IMG/VR virus record: IMGVR_UViG_3300037295_000263
Span: 128,001-192,000 of that record
DNA: 64,000 nt
Direction: 5' to 3' (one strand)
From: a virus
Lineage: Duplodnaviria; Caudoviricetes
In this document: in pieces, positions 1 to 10,234 of the stretch
How the letters are laid out: each line of letters opens with the position of its first letter
How positions within the stretch are numbered: position 1 is the first letter of the stretch
Program-made: the position numbers and the translations under genes
Notes under the pieces: model-generated
Database searches by the model: none
What the model was told of the DNA's origin: nothing
Seen by the model: only the letters and a program-made list of their open reading frames with translations

Positions 1-3000
1 GATATACTTCTTCAGTATCTTCAAATACTAATCCAGTACTAGGTCGCGTGGCAACATTTACTACATTGCCTGTAAGCACGATAGATTCTAGCTGCCGAAT
101 GGTCATTTTAGTATTATTAGGAACAGAGGCAACTAGTCCAGATGAGCCAAAACCTGAATTAGCATCCAATGACAATCTTGCAACCCCAACAGGCAATGCG
201 TCTGTTGATACTGCAGAAATTCCATATCTGAAAATTCCCAACGGGCCGTGATCAATTTCTATTTCACTATTGTTTAACGGAACGTACTTGTAATTTGAAA
301 CATAAATTACAACACCCTCGACAGTATTGGCAAAGCTCGGCGACGGAAAGTAGCAAGTAACTCCTTGCGAAAAATCAAAATAGTTGGTTACTGGTGTAGG
401 AACTTCTAACGGGTCAGCGCCTTCGGCAACTAACGCATATACGCCATGCGCACTAGAGCTTGAAATACTTCTAATCTGTGCGCCATTTAACGAATACATC
501 GAAGTATAACAATAGTATGTAAACACACTCACAGCTTCGCATAAGCCGCTGTTGGTGGCTAAAATACCGTAACCCATGTCGTTAATTTGAGTAAAGTCGT
601 TTGCCAGCATACTTCTGTTACCTGGCATCAATACTTCGTGAATTCTAGAATCGGGAGGAAACGGCCACGGTGTAGTTTCATCTAACACAAACGATGCAGT
701 AGAACCTTCAGTGTTAAATGAAAAATCTCTAACATAATTAATACGGTACCTGATATCGTTAACGATGAAACTTGCTGGCAACTGAGGAAAACGGGTCAAC
801 CCTGATACTCTTAAAAAAGTGTCGGAGTCTTTGCTTGTAATTTGGAATTGTAAATTACCTGAAAAACCGTCAATAAACATTCCACCTGCAAATGTTTGTT
901 TGTTGATACTTCGCGAAAAACTAGAACATTCCTGTGCATACGGCGACTTTGATAATATTTGACCAGTTGGGTCCAACACCATTGCAAATCCGCCTTGTCC
1001 TTGCATTCCCATTGCTTGAAATCTAACAGCATCGTTACACATAAACATATCTAAACTGTCGTTAGACTTAGGCATATTCACGACATTTATATCTTGTATA
1101 ATATCCAGAGATGCATCAAGAAGTGCTGTTGATACGCCTCCTAAATTGTTTGCTAACCCGCCACTAACATAACTGCTAAATCCTAAACCGTTGACTGCTT
1201 GCAACAAACCTGGATCGGAGTATAATTCAAAAGTTGTTTGATCTACAACAGAAACATAAAAATTTCCATTTATTTCTGCCATGCCAGTTACATTTGCAAT
1301 ATTAATTTTCTCTCCACGTAAAAATCCGTGGTTACTTGCGGTTGTAATTACAACAGGGTTCGATGAAGTAGCATTAATAACTGTAGCAGTATTGTCGACG
1401 CTGCTGCTTTCTGCAGTATATGAAGGATCGATAATTTGTATAGCAGCCAATTGATAAGTTACATCGATTGGCTGATTTTTAATTACAGATGTTATTAAAC
1501 TCTTTAGATGAGTTAATGTAGCAACAAATTCTGCAAGACTTGTTTCGATATCAAATAATTCAGCATTATGAAATTTCAACGCAGTAGAAATGGTCCTGTC
1601 TGACTCTCCCCACTTTAAATCGTATATCATCGAATCGACAATGAATGCAATACTCTTTTCTAAAGATACTTGATTAAATGTAAAAACAGAAGTGAACGGG
1701 CTAACGCTATTGCTAATTTGATAGTTAACCCATGCTATTATTTCTCTTTTTAGAAAATCTCTGTTTACGCTTAATAATTGTGCAGCCGAATTAAAAAAAC
1801 CTTTGTTGTTTATAGGTGAATAAATCGGAAAAGATACGTCGGAAAGATAATGATAACCGAATGGCTGAGATGCAATTGTTAAATTATCAATTAACGGATC
1901 TCTTCTAAAATTAATAAAAGCCCATGGGCTAGTGCTATCCCCAGCTTTTGGTCTTATCAACACACGCCGGAATTCGTCGCCGACGATAGAGACATTTGCA
2001 GGAACTCGTAACGGTAAGTTTTCTTCGTATATACCGCTTTCTACAAGTATAGTGATTTGTTTAGTATTAGCAATGTCGCCGTAAGCGATTGTTTCTCCTA
2101 ATTCGAAAGATCCATATTTAATATCCATGTCAAACAATTCATTGCCATCACCGTCGAGAACTCCGTTGTGAGACAGTATTTGAGCAAGAGCGTTAGAATT
2201 GTTTCCTTTTAAGTATAAACCTTCTCTAATATCTCGAGTTCTACTAGCTGCAATTGTAGGATTTACTACATCTCCGGTAAAATCAGTTCGCAAGCCGTTT
2301 GTAAAAATAGCAAACCTTGGCAGATTTACCAGTACGTTAGGTAATGAACTAAAATTACTGCCAGCATCAGTTATTGTTATACCTTGAATAGCAGTGTTTA
2401 ATACTTCAGCAGTACCAAACGCGCCAGTCCCGCCACCGCCGATAATTCTAACAGATACTAGTCCGTATCCGGTTCCTTGAGAAATAATATTTACTTTACT
2501 AACTTTATACGTAAGATCAAACGTTGCACTATTTCCTGGAGGGAGTTCAATAGTAGGTACTCCAATATTTCCTGGCAATAAGCTATAAGAGCCGCCAGTA
2601 ATCAATTTTGCTGAAATAATTGCACCCGGTGACCCTAGTGTAGATAATACTTCAAATTTAGCAGGCTCCGAAAAGTCCCCACCCGAGACAGTTATAATAT
2701 CTCCTTGAGTGTAATTAAAACCTCTGGAGTTAATTTTAAAAGAATCGATGGTCATTAACACTTGACCAGTAAATCCTACGCCGGAATTTGGAACAGCTTC
2801 GATAGAACTTAAAGTACACTCATTAGCACCGTTATCGTAAGTTAATGTCTTTGCATAAGGCCCTAATTCGAGCCTTGAAGATAACATGTCATCTTCCGCA
2901 CGTTTTAGTGCATATTCAAGCGAACTATACGCATACGCGAGTGCCCTGCCTTGAACTTCATCGCTGACCCCAGGGCGATAATCTGCTCCAGACTTAGCAA

Positions 3001-3676
3001 CGTATAAGTTAATGCTGCTGCCAAACGCTGCATTATCTACATAGCGTTTTGTAGCAGCTATTAATCCAGAGTATGCTTCGTCATCACTAAGTTGCGGATC
3101 TCTTGATAATATTAGCGGTCCTGACATAATTCCAAATTGTGAATTTTTTAAACCAGTGCCAGGGTCTATTGCATCGATTCCGCTTAGAGATACTTTGGAA
3201 TCTGCGTAAGCTTTGTTGACCGCTTCGTGTTTAAATAGCGGCTGTAATGGAGTTTCTGTGGTTCCGAGATTTATAATACGGCGTTGTATTACTCCGCTGA
3301 TTGCGCTTAGGTCTCCGCCTAATGTCGGGTTAGGATCTGTTTCTATAATGTTGAAAGTAGAAGTAACCTTAATTTCATCAGGATTTGAAACATAATCAAA
3401 ATTAACCCCCAACCCGGCAGTTAGTTTTTTAAACATTATTCCGTTTTGTTCGTTATTTACTGTAACAATAGGAGTAGCGTTCAGTGAAGTTACTAACCCG
3501 TCATAACTAACTAGGTCAGGAGTGTCGCTCAACCCTAAAAATGTTAAGCGTTCTCCTAACCCTAGTGAACTGTATAGCTCTCGAAAGTTGTCATTAACTT
3601 TCCTAAACGAGTCGCGTATGCTATCGCCCGTGCCGTCGTTTCCTACAGCTCCAATATCGATGATTTTTCTTGCCAT
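1..3676 (-). CDS. Large virion structural protein (baseplate/tail-fibre associated), 3'-partial, over 1225 aa
   Basis: ATG at 3676; I translated it by hand with no stop to the window edge. N-terminus MARKIIDIGAVGNDGTGDSIRDSFRKVNDNFRELY resembles the T4 gp9/gp10-type DGTGD motif. Gly/Thr/Ser-rich beta-repeat segments. Absent from the ORF track. Confidence 0.85.
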   Translation of the reverse strand, partial: MARKIIDIGAVGNDGTGDSIRDSFRKVNDNFRELYSSLGLGERLTFLGLSDTPDLVSYDGLVTSLNATPIVTVNNEQNGIMFKKLTAGLGVNFDYVSNPDEIKVTSTFNIIETDPNPTLGGDLSAISGVIQRRIINLGTTETPLQPLFKHEAVNKAYADSKVSLSGIDAIDPGTGLKNSQFGIMSGPLILSRDPQLSDDEAYSGLIAATKRYVDNAAFGSSINLYVAKSGADYRPGVSDEVQGRALAYAYSSLEYALKRAEDDMLSSRLELGPYAKTLTYDNGANECTLSSIEAVPNSGVGFTGQVLMTIDSFKINSRGFNYTQGDIITVSGGDFSEPAKFEVLSTLGSPGAIISAKLITGGSYSLLPGNIGVPTIELPPGNSATFDLTYKVSKVNIISQGTGYGLVSVRIIGGGGTGAFGTAEVLNTAIQGITITDAGSNFSSLPNVLVNLPRFAIFTNGLRTDFTGDVVNPTIAASRTRDIREGLYLKGNNSNALAQILSHNGVLDGDGNELFDMDIKYGSFELGETIAYGDIANTKQITILVESGIYEENLPLRVPANVSIVGDEFRRVLIRPKAGDSTSPWAFINFRRDPLIDNLTIASQPFGYHYLSDVSFPIYSPINNKGFFNSAAQLLSVNRDFLKREIIAWVNYQISNSVSPFTSVFTFNQVSLEKSIAFIVDSMIYDLKWGESDRTISTALKFHNAELFDIETSLAEFVATLTHLKSLITSVIKNQPIDVTYQLAAIQIIDPSYTAESSSVDNTATVINATSSNPVVITTASNHGFLRGEKINIANVTGMAEINGNFYVSVVDQTTFELYSDPGLLQAVNGLGFSSYVSGGLANNLGGVSTALLDASLDIIQDINVVNMPKSNDSLDMFMCNDAVRFQAMGMQGQGGFAMVLDPTGQILSKSPYAQECSSFSRSINKQTFAGGMFIDGFSGNLQFQITSKDSDTFLRVSGLTRFPQLPASFIVNDIRYRINYVRDFSFNTEGSTASFVLDETTPWPFPPDSRIHEVLMPGNRSMLANDFTQINDMGYGILATNSGLCEAVSVFTYYCYTSMYSLNGAQIRSISSSSAHGVYALVAEGADPLEVPTPVTNYFDFSQGVTCYFPSPSFANTVEGVVIYVSNYKYVPLNNSEIEIDHGPLGIFRYGISAVSTDALPVGVARLSLDANSGFGSSGLVASVPNNTKMTIRQLESIVLTGNVVNVATRPSTGLVFEDTEEVY

Positions 3677-3712
3677 GATTTACCCTAATAAACAGTGTTG
3701 ACAAGTATTTAT

Positions 3713-4039
3713 CTATACTGTAAAGCTTTCCCCGCACCCGCAACGAGCTTTTTCTTTGGAGTTTATGAATTCAAACCCTTCGTTAAGACCTTTCTTTTGC
3801 CAGTCTATTGTGATGCCATCTATATAGATAATGCTCTTACCATCTACCCAAATTTTAAAACCTGGCTGTTCGAACACCTGTTGATCCCTAGTCATAGGAG
3901 CACAGTCTACATATTCTAGTACATAAGCAAGACCCGAGCATCCTGTGGTTTTAACACCAATACGGATACCTAATCCTCTACCTCTTTTAGACAGCATGCG
4001 ATTAACTTTTTCTACAGCTAGATCAGTTAGTGTAATCAT
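3713..4039 (-). CDS. iscA: Fe-S cluster assembly A-type carrier (IscA/HesB family)
   Basis: GCSGLAY and CGCGESF motifs, 108 aa. Confidence 0.95.
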   Translation of the reverse strand: MITLTDLAVEKVNRMLSKRGRGLGIRIGVKTTGCSGLAYVLEYVDCAPMTRDQQVFEQPGFKIWVDGKSIIYIDGITIDWQKKGLNEGFEFINSKEKARCGCGESFTV

Positions 4040-4419
4040 TAATGTTTCTTTTTGTAATCTTCAACTGCTGCCTTAATGGCCTCTTCGGCCAAAATGCTGC
4101 AATGTATCTTAACTGGTGGTAAGGCCAGTTCTTGAGCAATGTGAGTATTTTTAATCTCTAGTGCTTCATCAAGATTCTTACCCTTGACCCATTCTGTTAC
4201 CAAGCTACTGGAAGCAATAGCTGAGCCACATCCATACGTTTTGAACTTGGCATCTGTTATGATACCTGTGACGGCGTCTACCTGTATCTGCAGCTTTAAA
4301 ACGTCGCCGCAGCTAGGTGCTCCTACTAAACCCGTTCCAACACTGTCATCGTTAACATCCAACTTTCCTACGTTGCGTGGATTTTCGTAGTGATCAAGTA
4401 CCTGGGGTGAATAAGCCAT
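4039..4419 (-). CDS. iscU: Fe-S cluster scaffold IscU
   Basis: DHYENPRNVG, APSCGD, GCGSAIASSS, PPVKIHCS motifs. Confidence 0.97.
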   Translation of the reverse strand: MAYSPQVLDHYENPRNVGKLDVNDDSVGTGLVGAPSCGDVLKLQIQVDAVTGIITDAKFKTYGCGSAIASSSLVTEWVKGKNLDEALEIKNTHIAQELALPPVKIHCSILAEEAIKAAVEDYKKKH

Positions 4420-5011
4420 TAGTCTCTCCTATTATGTTTTTTACTACTTCAGTAGGCTGATCGTAGTGCCACTTTTTACGATTCTCCTCGCCTGTTATAA
4501 ACTGTATATTATTTCTTTTTCCTAGCAACACAGGATCTATTCCTAACTTGAATCCTTGCATTATAGGAATAATATGATCCAACTGCATATCAGACGGCAG
4601 CTTGCCTAGTATTGGAACATGATCCCCATTGCGTTTCATTTCTCTAATAGTCCTATATGTTTCGTATCTTACCTTACTACGATAAATCTTTAACAAATCA
4701 GTCTGTGGATTTTTTGGTCTTAAATTATTTGTTTTACCATTCCAATTAGGATTGCGTTCTCCTAAAATATATTGTCTCGCTAATTCATTTGGAATGCCTT
4801 TATTCCAACCCCGCCCTTTCTCTAATCCTGATGTATTCTGCTTTTCTTTTTGTTCTTTAGTAAGTTTAATACCTTTGTTCCAAGGGGTATGCCCGGGCCT
4901 GTTATTTGGATTCTTACAAGGTTGCGAACAATATAAATTAAATCGTGGACGAGTAGTAAACTCACCATCGCAATACAAACATTTTTTAATGATACCATAG
5001 TTACTTTTCAT
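4394..5011 (-). mobile_element. Free-standing HNH homing endonuclease with Zn-ribbon and NUMOD3-like repeats
   Basis: CxxC...YCSxxC N-terminus, PWNKG and GWNKG motifs, LDHIIP...N...N HNH-like motif. Confidence 0.75.
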
Positions 5012-5063
5012 ACAACTATTTAGTATCGTTGGCGCTCCCGCTATTACGAAAGTTTAACTTTGA

Positions 5064-5183
5064 TTATGTTACAACTACGATTAAATTTGTAACACGTTGC
5101 TGCAAAGATTTAGCCCAATCTGGCTGCGGCAAATTCCAACCTACAAATGCTCCAAGAACTATCCAAAATATTGTTTCTAACAT
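5064..5183 (-). CDS. Small membrane protein MLETIFWIVLGAFVGWNLPQPDWAKSLQQRVTNLIVVVT (39 aa)
   Basis: GGAG RBS upstream, one hydrophobic helix; below the ORF track size cut-off. Confidence 0.75.
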   Translation of the reverse strand: MLETIFWIVLGAFVGWNLPQPDWAKSLQQRVTNLIVVVT

Positions 5184-5194
5184 TTTACTTCTCC

Positions 5195-6118
5195 TTATAA
5201 TAAACTACACAAGTTTTTAATAATACTCTTGCTAGTTTGTATTTCGTTTATATAATTTATGCCTTTTCCTGCAAATACATGTCCTGCAGTACCGGTTTTT
5301 ATACCTTGTACAAGACCTTCGGTGTTATTTTCTTTATTTTGATCAATGTTACTAAAAACTAGAGCATTTTGATTCAAATCATAGGTATCTAAGGTTTCGA
5401 TATTTTTAAAAGTAGACTCTATCATTCTTTTTTTTGTTTCAATACTAAGTATACTTTCTTGAGAAGCAGCAAATAATGTTCCTATTCCTACTGCTCCTGC
5501 TCCGCAATCTATTAATTGTTTCACTTCAACTGGAGATCCGACACCGCCACTTGCTATTATAAATTTGTCAGGATAGTTTTTTATAAACATTTCAGTTAAC
5601 ATCTGTAAAGTGTAGGTTTTATCAGATAACACACGTCCAGCACCGAGTGATCCTTTTACAATAATGCCGTCAAAATTTTCTTTAATATAGTTATTCCACT
5701 TGTTAGCAGAATCTAAAGGTGCAAACATTTTAGTAAGTAGCTTTATATTAGCAGATAACAGATCATCAATCAAGAATTTGACTTTTAAAAATTGTTCATT
5801 ATCTGCAAAAAAATTAACAAGAATTTCTACATATTTAATTTTGTATTCTTTAAAAATCGAAATTAAATAACTATGAGTTAATAAAAAATTATCATCGAGA
5901 CTAATAACTAAGTCATACTGATGGTGGTCAAATAAACTTAAATCATTTCTTAATTTTTCAACATTAAATATATTGTCATTTCTTGTAGATACATAATTAA
6001 AACAAGAAATGGTAGGAATTCCTCCTGCTTCAGCAACTGCAATAGCAAGAGTTATATCAGACACCTTATTCATACCAACTGCTACTATTGGATATTTTGA
6101 ATTAAATATTTTTGCCAT
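5195..6118 (-). CDS. Nitronate monooxygenase / FabK-like FMN TIM-barrel oxidoreductase
   Basis: YPIVAVGMNKVSD...AVAEAGG and ASGGVG...GAGAVGIGTLFAASQES motifs; start moved to ATG 6118. Confidence 0.8.
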   Translation of the reverse strand: MAKIFNSKYPIVAVGMNKVSDITLAIAVAEAGGIPTISCFNYVSTRNDNIFNVEKLRNDLSLFDHHQYDLVISLDDNFLLTHSYLISIFKEYKIKYVEILVNFFADNEQFLKVKFLIDDLLSANIKLLTKMFAPLDSANKWNNYIKENFDGIIVKGSLGAGRVLSDKTYTLQMLTEMFIKNYPDKFIIASGGVGSPVEVKQLIDCGAGAVGIGTLFAASQESILSIETKKRMIESTFKNIETLDTYDLNQNALVFSNIDQNKENNTEGLVQGIKTGTAGHVFAGKGINYINEIQTSKSIIKNLCSLL

Positions 6119-6174
6119 AATTATATTTATCGCTTTTTTTAAAGTGTAAATAATATACAAGGAGAATTAACACT

Positions 6175-6441
6175 ATGTTTAATTGGTTAAAAAAGTTATT
6201 TACAGGTGCTGAGCACACAGCAGCTGGTGCGGTAGGACATGTTCCGGCTGCGCCATACAAGGTAGAACCGCAACAGACGCATCAAGCAGAGGTACGTAAA
6301 GAAAAGCCTGTTAAACCGGCTGTTAAGCTGCAACAGTCTGTACCTAAAAAGTCAGCGCCCCTTAAGGCAAAGCCGGGTCCAAAAAAAGCAGGTAATGGTT
6401 CTAAGCCAAAAGTGAAATCACACCCACCACGTGCTAAGTAA
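6175..6441 (+). CDS. Hypothetical Lys/Pro/Ala-rich basic protein
   Basis: GGAG RBS and TAAATA upstream; low-complexity basic tail. Confidence 0.75.
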   Translation: MFNWLKKLFTGAEHTAAGAVGHVPAAPYKVEPQQTHQAEVRKEKPVKPAVKLQQSVPKKSAPLKAKPGPKKAGNGSKPKVKSHPPRAK

Positions 6442-6450
6442 ATTTTTAGC

Positions 6451-7455
6451 TTACGCTAGAAGGGCGTGAGCAGCAATGTTCTTTCCTTTGCTCTCCGCCA
6501 TTATATCAAAGTAGTCTCGAAAACTTAGTGCCCATTCATTAACTGCTGTATTCCAGTAGAATTCCGAATGTGCTCTGAGCTTTTGCTTTTTGTAACCAGC
6601 AGCTAATAGCGCAGGCATATCCGGTAATGTGTTAGGGCAGTGATCTACCAATACATTTTCTCTGCTAACACTATAATGCATAACAGGACGAACACCGCGC
6701 CAGGAATCCCGTACACGCTTAACGCTATCCGAATTTGGGTCAATATATTCGCCTTCTCTGCACCAGTTGTGGTGAACATCAAGAACAATAGGCACAATAT
6801 CACTAATACTGAGACAATCATCTAATCCCCATGAGTTTTCTTCGTTTTCGATTGTGATACAGTTTCTCGCTTCATTAGAAAGTCTAGGATACGCTGCTCT
6901 AATACCATCTGGGCCGAGTCGGCCGCTAATGTGTACATTGATTTTAAAGTCTTGAAAAGTTCGTCCATATCCCATCCACCTTGCCATATCAGCATGATAC
7001 TCAAATTCTTCTATACTCCTATTTACAATATCAGGAGTTTCGCTTGCCAAAACAGTAAACTGGCCAGGGTGGAAAGAAAGACGTACATTAAGCAGTCTTG
7101 CACTAGCACCCACTTGCTCAAAATGCCTAGACGCATATTCTTGTACGTCATTACGACGCCAGAAATAGCTAAAATCAGGCTGAGTATATACAGGCAAAAT
7201 ATCACTGCCAAGCCGAACCATTCTAAATTCATCAGGTAATTCTCCCACGCGGTTTACCAGCAGTCTAATACTTTCTATGTTTTGAACCATTAAATCCCAC
7301 AGCTTTTGTTCAGCTTCGTCGCGAGGTTGCCGCTTGAGCCAAGCTACTGTAGTACCACCCGTATTATATTTCTTACAGTCGTCTGTAGGTTTGATACCGT
7401 TAATTTGATCTACAGTATCAATCCACTTACAGGCAAATCCAATTTTGTTAGTCAT
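6451..7455 (-). CDS. uvsE: UV DNA damage endonuclease UvsE/UVDE
   Basis: IGFACK, RLSFHPGQFTVLAS, ENEE, LDVHH, HYS, LRAHS, ESKGK motifs. Confidence 0.93.
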   Translation of the reverse strand: MTNKIGFACKWIDTVDQINGIKPTDDCKKYNTGGTTVAWLKRQPRDEAEQKLWDLMVQNIESIRLLVNRVGELPDEFRMVRLGSDILPVYTQPDFSYFWRRNDVQEYASRHFEQVGASARLLNVRLSFHPGQFTVLASETPDIVNRSIEEFEYHADMARWMGYGRTFQDFKINVHISGRLGPDGIRAAYPRLSNEARNCITIENEENSWGLDDCLSISDIVPIVLDVHHNWCREGEYIDPNSDSVKRVRDSWRGVRPVMHYSVSRENVLVDHCPNTLPDMPALLAAGYKKQKLRAHSEFYWNTAVNEWALSFRDYFDIMAESKGKNIAAHALLA

Positions 7456-7658
7456 GCTTTTTTAATCATCTTAAAAAGACTATGATACGAATTTTTACAC
7501 TGCTGAAGTGCCCATGGCACTTGCCGGAGTGGAATATCGTCAACAACTTGATTTATATCTTTGTCTAGATTAGTCGGTGAGTACATGAGTTTGAACACCC
7601 TGTGGTTATGTGTTGATAATTTGCTAAGAAAATTTTTAATTTGTTCACGGCTTGTCAT
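7452..7658 (-). CDS. Hypothetical protein
   Basis: 68 aa ORF coupled to uvsE, sigma70 promoter upstream. Confidence 0.7.
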   Translation of the reverse strand: MTSREQIKNFLSKLSTHNHRVFKLMYSPTNLDKDINQVVDDIPLRQVPWALQQCKNSYHSLFKMIKKA

Positions 7659-7664
7659 GTATCT

Positions 7665-7693
7665 ATTTTAGCATCGATATTGCCGATTGTCAA
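7665..7693 (-). promoter_or_regulatory. Sigma70-type promoter TTGACA-17-TAAAAT
   Basis: Read directly from the minus strand. Confidence 0.75.
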
Positions 7694-7726
7694 AATTCTT
7701 TTATGTAAATAAATGAAGAGGGCATT

Positions 7727-8164
7727 ATGCAATTTAAAGAAACACAAACTCGCACAATAGCTAAAGTTATTTCGTGGAGAGTTTTTATTACCTTAAGTCA
7801 TTTTATAAATGCATTGATAGTAACAGGAAGTATTGCAGTTGGTTTACAGATTGCAGGTTTAGCAACTGTTATCAACAGCGTATTATTCTGGACACATGAA
7901 AGGGTATGGAATTATTTTCAATGGAATAGGAAAAAAGATACACTTTTGAAATTTAACGAAGGGTACCCTAGATCGGTAAGCAAGATTGTTTCTTGGAGAA
8001 TATTGATTACATTTAGTAATTTTTTAATTCCTTTTATTATTACAGGCAGCTGGGGATCAGCAGTAATGTTTGCCGGGATGGCTACTGCGGTTAATATAAT
8101 AATTTACTGGAGTCATGAAAGATTGTGGAACTGGTTTAAGTGGGGCAAAGTTGTTTTAAAATGA
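7727..8164 (+). CDS. Membrane protein with tandem DUF2061-like domains
   Basis: Two repeats of R...KxxSWR...TGS...HERxW. Confidence 0.8.
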   Translation: MQFKETQTRTIAKVISWRVFITLSHFINALIVTGSIAVGLQIAGLATVINSVLFWTHERVWNYFQWNRKKDTLLKFNEGYPRSVSKIVSWRILITFSNFLIPFIITGSWGSAVMFAGMATAVNIIIYWSHERLWNWFKWGKVVLK

Positions 8165-9324
8165 CACCCATTAATAAAAAATTAGGATATTACACAGTAG
8201 ATAGTTTAGAGTTCGATTCTAAGATTCGAGCATGTTTGTATGCATCCTGTGAAAATAAAGAAGTACAATGGCATTTTAATAATAAATGTTTTGAAAATTA
8301 CGATTGGAGTGTAGAACCTGATTACACGCTTGACCAATTGTACGATAAAAGGACTAGAGAATTAAGAGAACAATACGACTATATTATAATTAGTTATAGC
8401 GGCGGCGCCGACAGTCACAACATTGTTGCAAGTTTTATTCGGCAAAACTTGCACATTGATGAAATTATTGTAAACACGATGAAACAGCTTACTGATAAGT
8501 CTACTATTCTAGATTGTAATGTAAAAAATGCTGAAAATGCTGCTGCGGAATATGACCTTCAAACAGTACCAAGATTAAAAGAAATTAGTGCCCAGTGTCC
8601 TAAAACTAAAATCAGTGTGTTAGACATGTCCGACTATCTGTTAAAGTCTTGGTTAGAGATTGGAAATGCTAGTTGGATAATGGACAAACGCGAAGGCCTT
8701 AATCCTCTCAATGTAACTAGATTTAATTATATACACTTTAACAAGGTTCGAAAACAATTCGACAAGAGTAAATCGATTGCACTGATATTAGGCGTCGAAA
8801 AACCTAGAACTACTATCGGGCCTGACAATAAATTCTTTATTTCATTTTCTGACAGAGCAACAAATATAGTAACAATTGCAGAGCATGTAAAAGAATATAC
8901 AAATTCTACAGTAGAATATTTTTATTGGAGTCCGCAAGGCGCCGATATCGTATGCAAACAATCCCATGTTATTAAACAATGGCTAGAACAAGATACCAGT
9001 AGATGGCCACTATGGGACAGGAATTGTAACAACAATGTATATAGATTGTACCATGAAAGAATTTTACGACCATTAATTTATACTACTTGGAAAGACGAGT
9101 GGTATCAAGCCGACAAGGCTACAAAAGATTGGTATAGTGAATTTGACTCTTGGTTTATTAACGGACACAATGGCACTACGCAGCATAGAATATGGCTAGA
9201 CGGTATCGTATATATGCAAAAACATGCTAAAAAGTTTGTAAGCAATCATAATGGAATTAATGATGGACTACTAGTATTTGCCCATCATTATTTTGTAGAT
9301 TATATGAAAGACTATGCACGCTAA
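8161..9324 (+). CDS. PP-loop (adenine nucleotide alpha-hydrolase-like) protein
   Basis: YIIISYSGGADSHN; ATGA overlap with the upstream gene. Confidence 0.7.
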   Translation: MTPINKKLGYYTVDSLEFDSKIRACLYASCENKEVQWHFNNKCFENYDWSVEPDYTLDQLYDKRTRELREQYDYIIISYSGGADSHNIVASFIRQNLHIDEIIVNTMKQLTDKSTILDCNVKNAENAAAEYDLQTVPRLKEISAQCPKTKISVLDMSDYLLKSWLEIGNASWIMDKREGLNPLNVTRFNYIHFNKVRKQFDKSKSIALILGVEKPRTTIGPDNKFFISFSDRATNIVTIAEHVKEYTNSTVEYFYWSPQGADIVCKQSHVIKQWLEQDTSRWPLWDRNCNNNVYRLYHERILRPLIYTTWKDEWYQADKATKDWYSEFDSWFINGHNGTTQHRIWLDGIVYMQKHAKKFVSNHNGINDGLLVFAHHYFVDYMKDYAR

Positions 9325-10234
9325 CAACTTAGATATTGGAATTAATTTTGGTTTCGAAGATAATAAGTTCTATGTAGAATACAGGTCCTGTGGGTATACG
9401 GTCGGAAATCTTCGACAAGAATTTGATAAAAGAGCAAGGCAATTGTACAAAATTAGTGATAAATTAATGTTAGGCATTAGTTCGGGCATGGATAGTCAAG
9501 CAGTTATGCATAGTTTTTGTAGTCAAGACTTGCATATTAAATATGCATTTTTATATATGCCAGGTTACAACGAAATAGAATTTCAGCAATTACAAATACT
9601 AATTAAAAAATATTCTATAGACCCATTCATTATAGAATTAGATCCTGCAGCACTTAAAGACGAATTAATAAACGAATTCAATTTAACTGGGATCGCTCCT
9701 AATCAACAATTGCATCGAAAATTTCTAAGTATGTTGCCTTCGGAAAATGATTTTATTCAGGGAATTCACGGCCCTGATTTCTTTTTTAAAGACAATACAG
9801 TATTCATCGTGGAGACAGCCAATTCTTTAGAGCTATCGAGGTTACTGGCATTTCAAACTCTTAATCGAAAAGGATCAATTATAGGGTGGGAAAGAACTAG
9901 CGAAATCTTAACTAGTTTGTTAACCGATGATGTTGTTACTTCTTTCATATATTCGTATAATTACATATCAAAAAATAGATTAGTATATGACGATGGCCAG
10001 CAAATTCCACTTATTGATTATTGGGATTTGTATATTAAACCCTATGTCTATGGAAAATATTGGAAAGATGAATTGGAATATTTTCCAAAATATCAAGGAT
10101 GTGAAGAAATAGATTGGATAATGAACAGTAGATGGCACGACTTTGGAAAGAATCGAGTAGCAATATCTTACGACCTTTTAATCCAACATCTTACTTCAAC
10201 AGTAAACGGTAGTAAAAAATTTTACGAATCGTGA
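9314..10234 (+). CDS. PP-loop-like protein
   Basis: LMLGISSGMDSQAV motif. Confidence 0.6.
   Translation: MHANNLDIGINFGFEDNKFYVEYRSCGYTVGNLRQEFDKRARQLYKISDKLMLGISSGMDSQAVMHSFCSQDLHIKYAFLYMPGYNEIEFQQLQILIKKYSIDPFIIELDPAALKDELINEFNLTGIAPNQQLHRKFLSMLPSENDFIQGIHGPDFFFKDNTVFIVETANSLELSRLLAFQTLNRKGSIIGWERTSEILTSLLTDDVVTSFIYSYNYISKNRLVYDDGQQIPLIDYWDLYIKPYVYGKYWKDELEYFPKYQGCEEIDWIMNSRWHDFGKNRVAISYDLLIQHLTSTVNGSKKFYES

Noticed and set aside
48-3395. Short ORFs in the track (48-251, 811-1032, 2199-2387, 3213-3395)
   Set aside because: They are shadow frames of the single long minus-strand ORF starting at 3676.
5029-5220. Plus-strand 63-aa ORF
   Set aside because: It is antisense to a better 39-aa membrane ORF with an RBS (5064-5183, minus).
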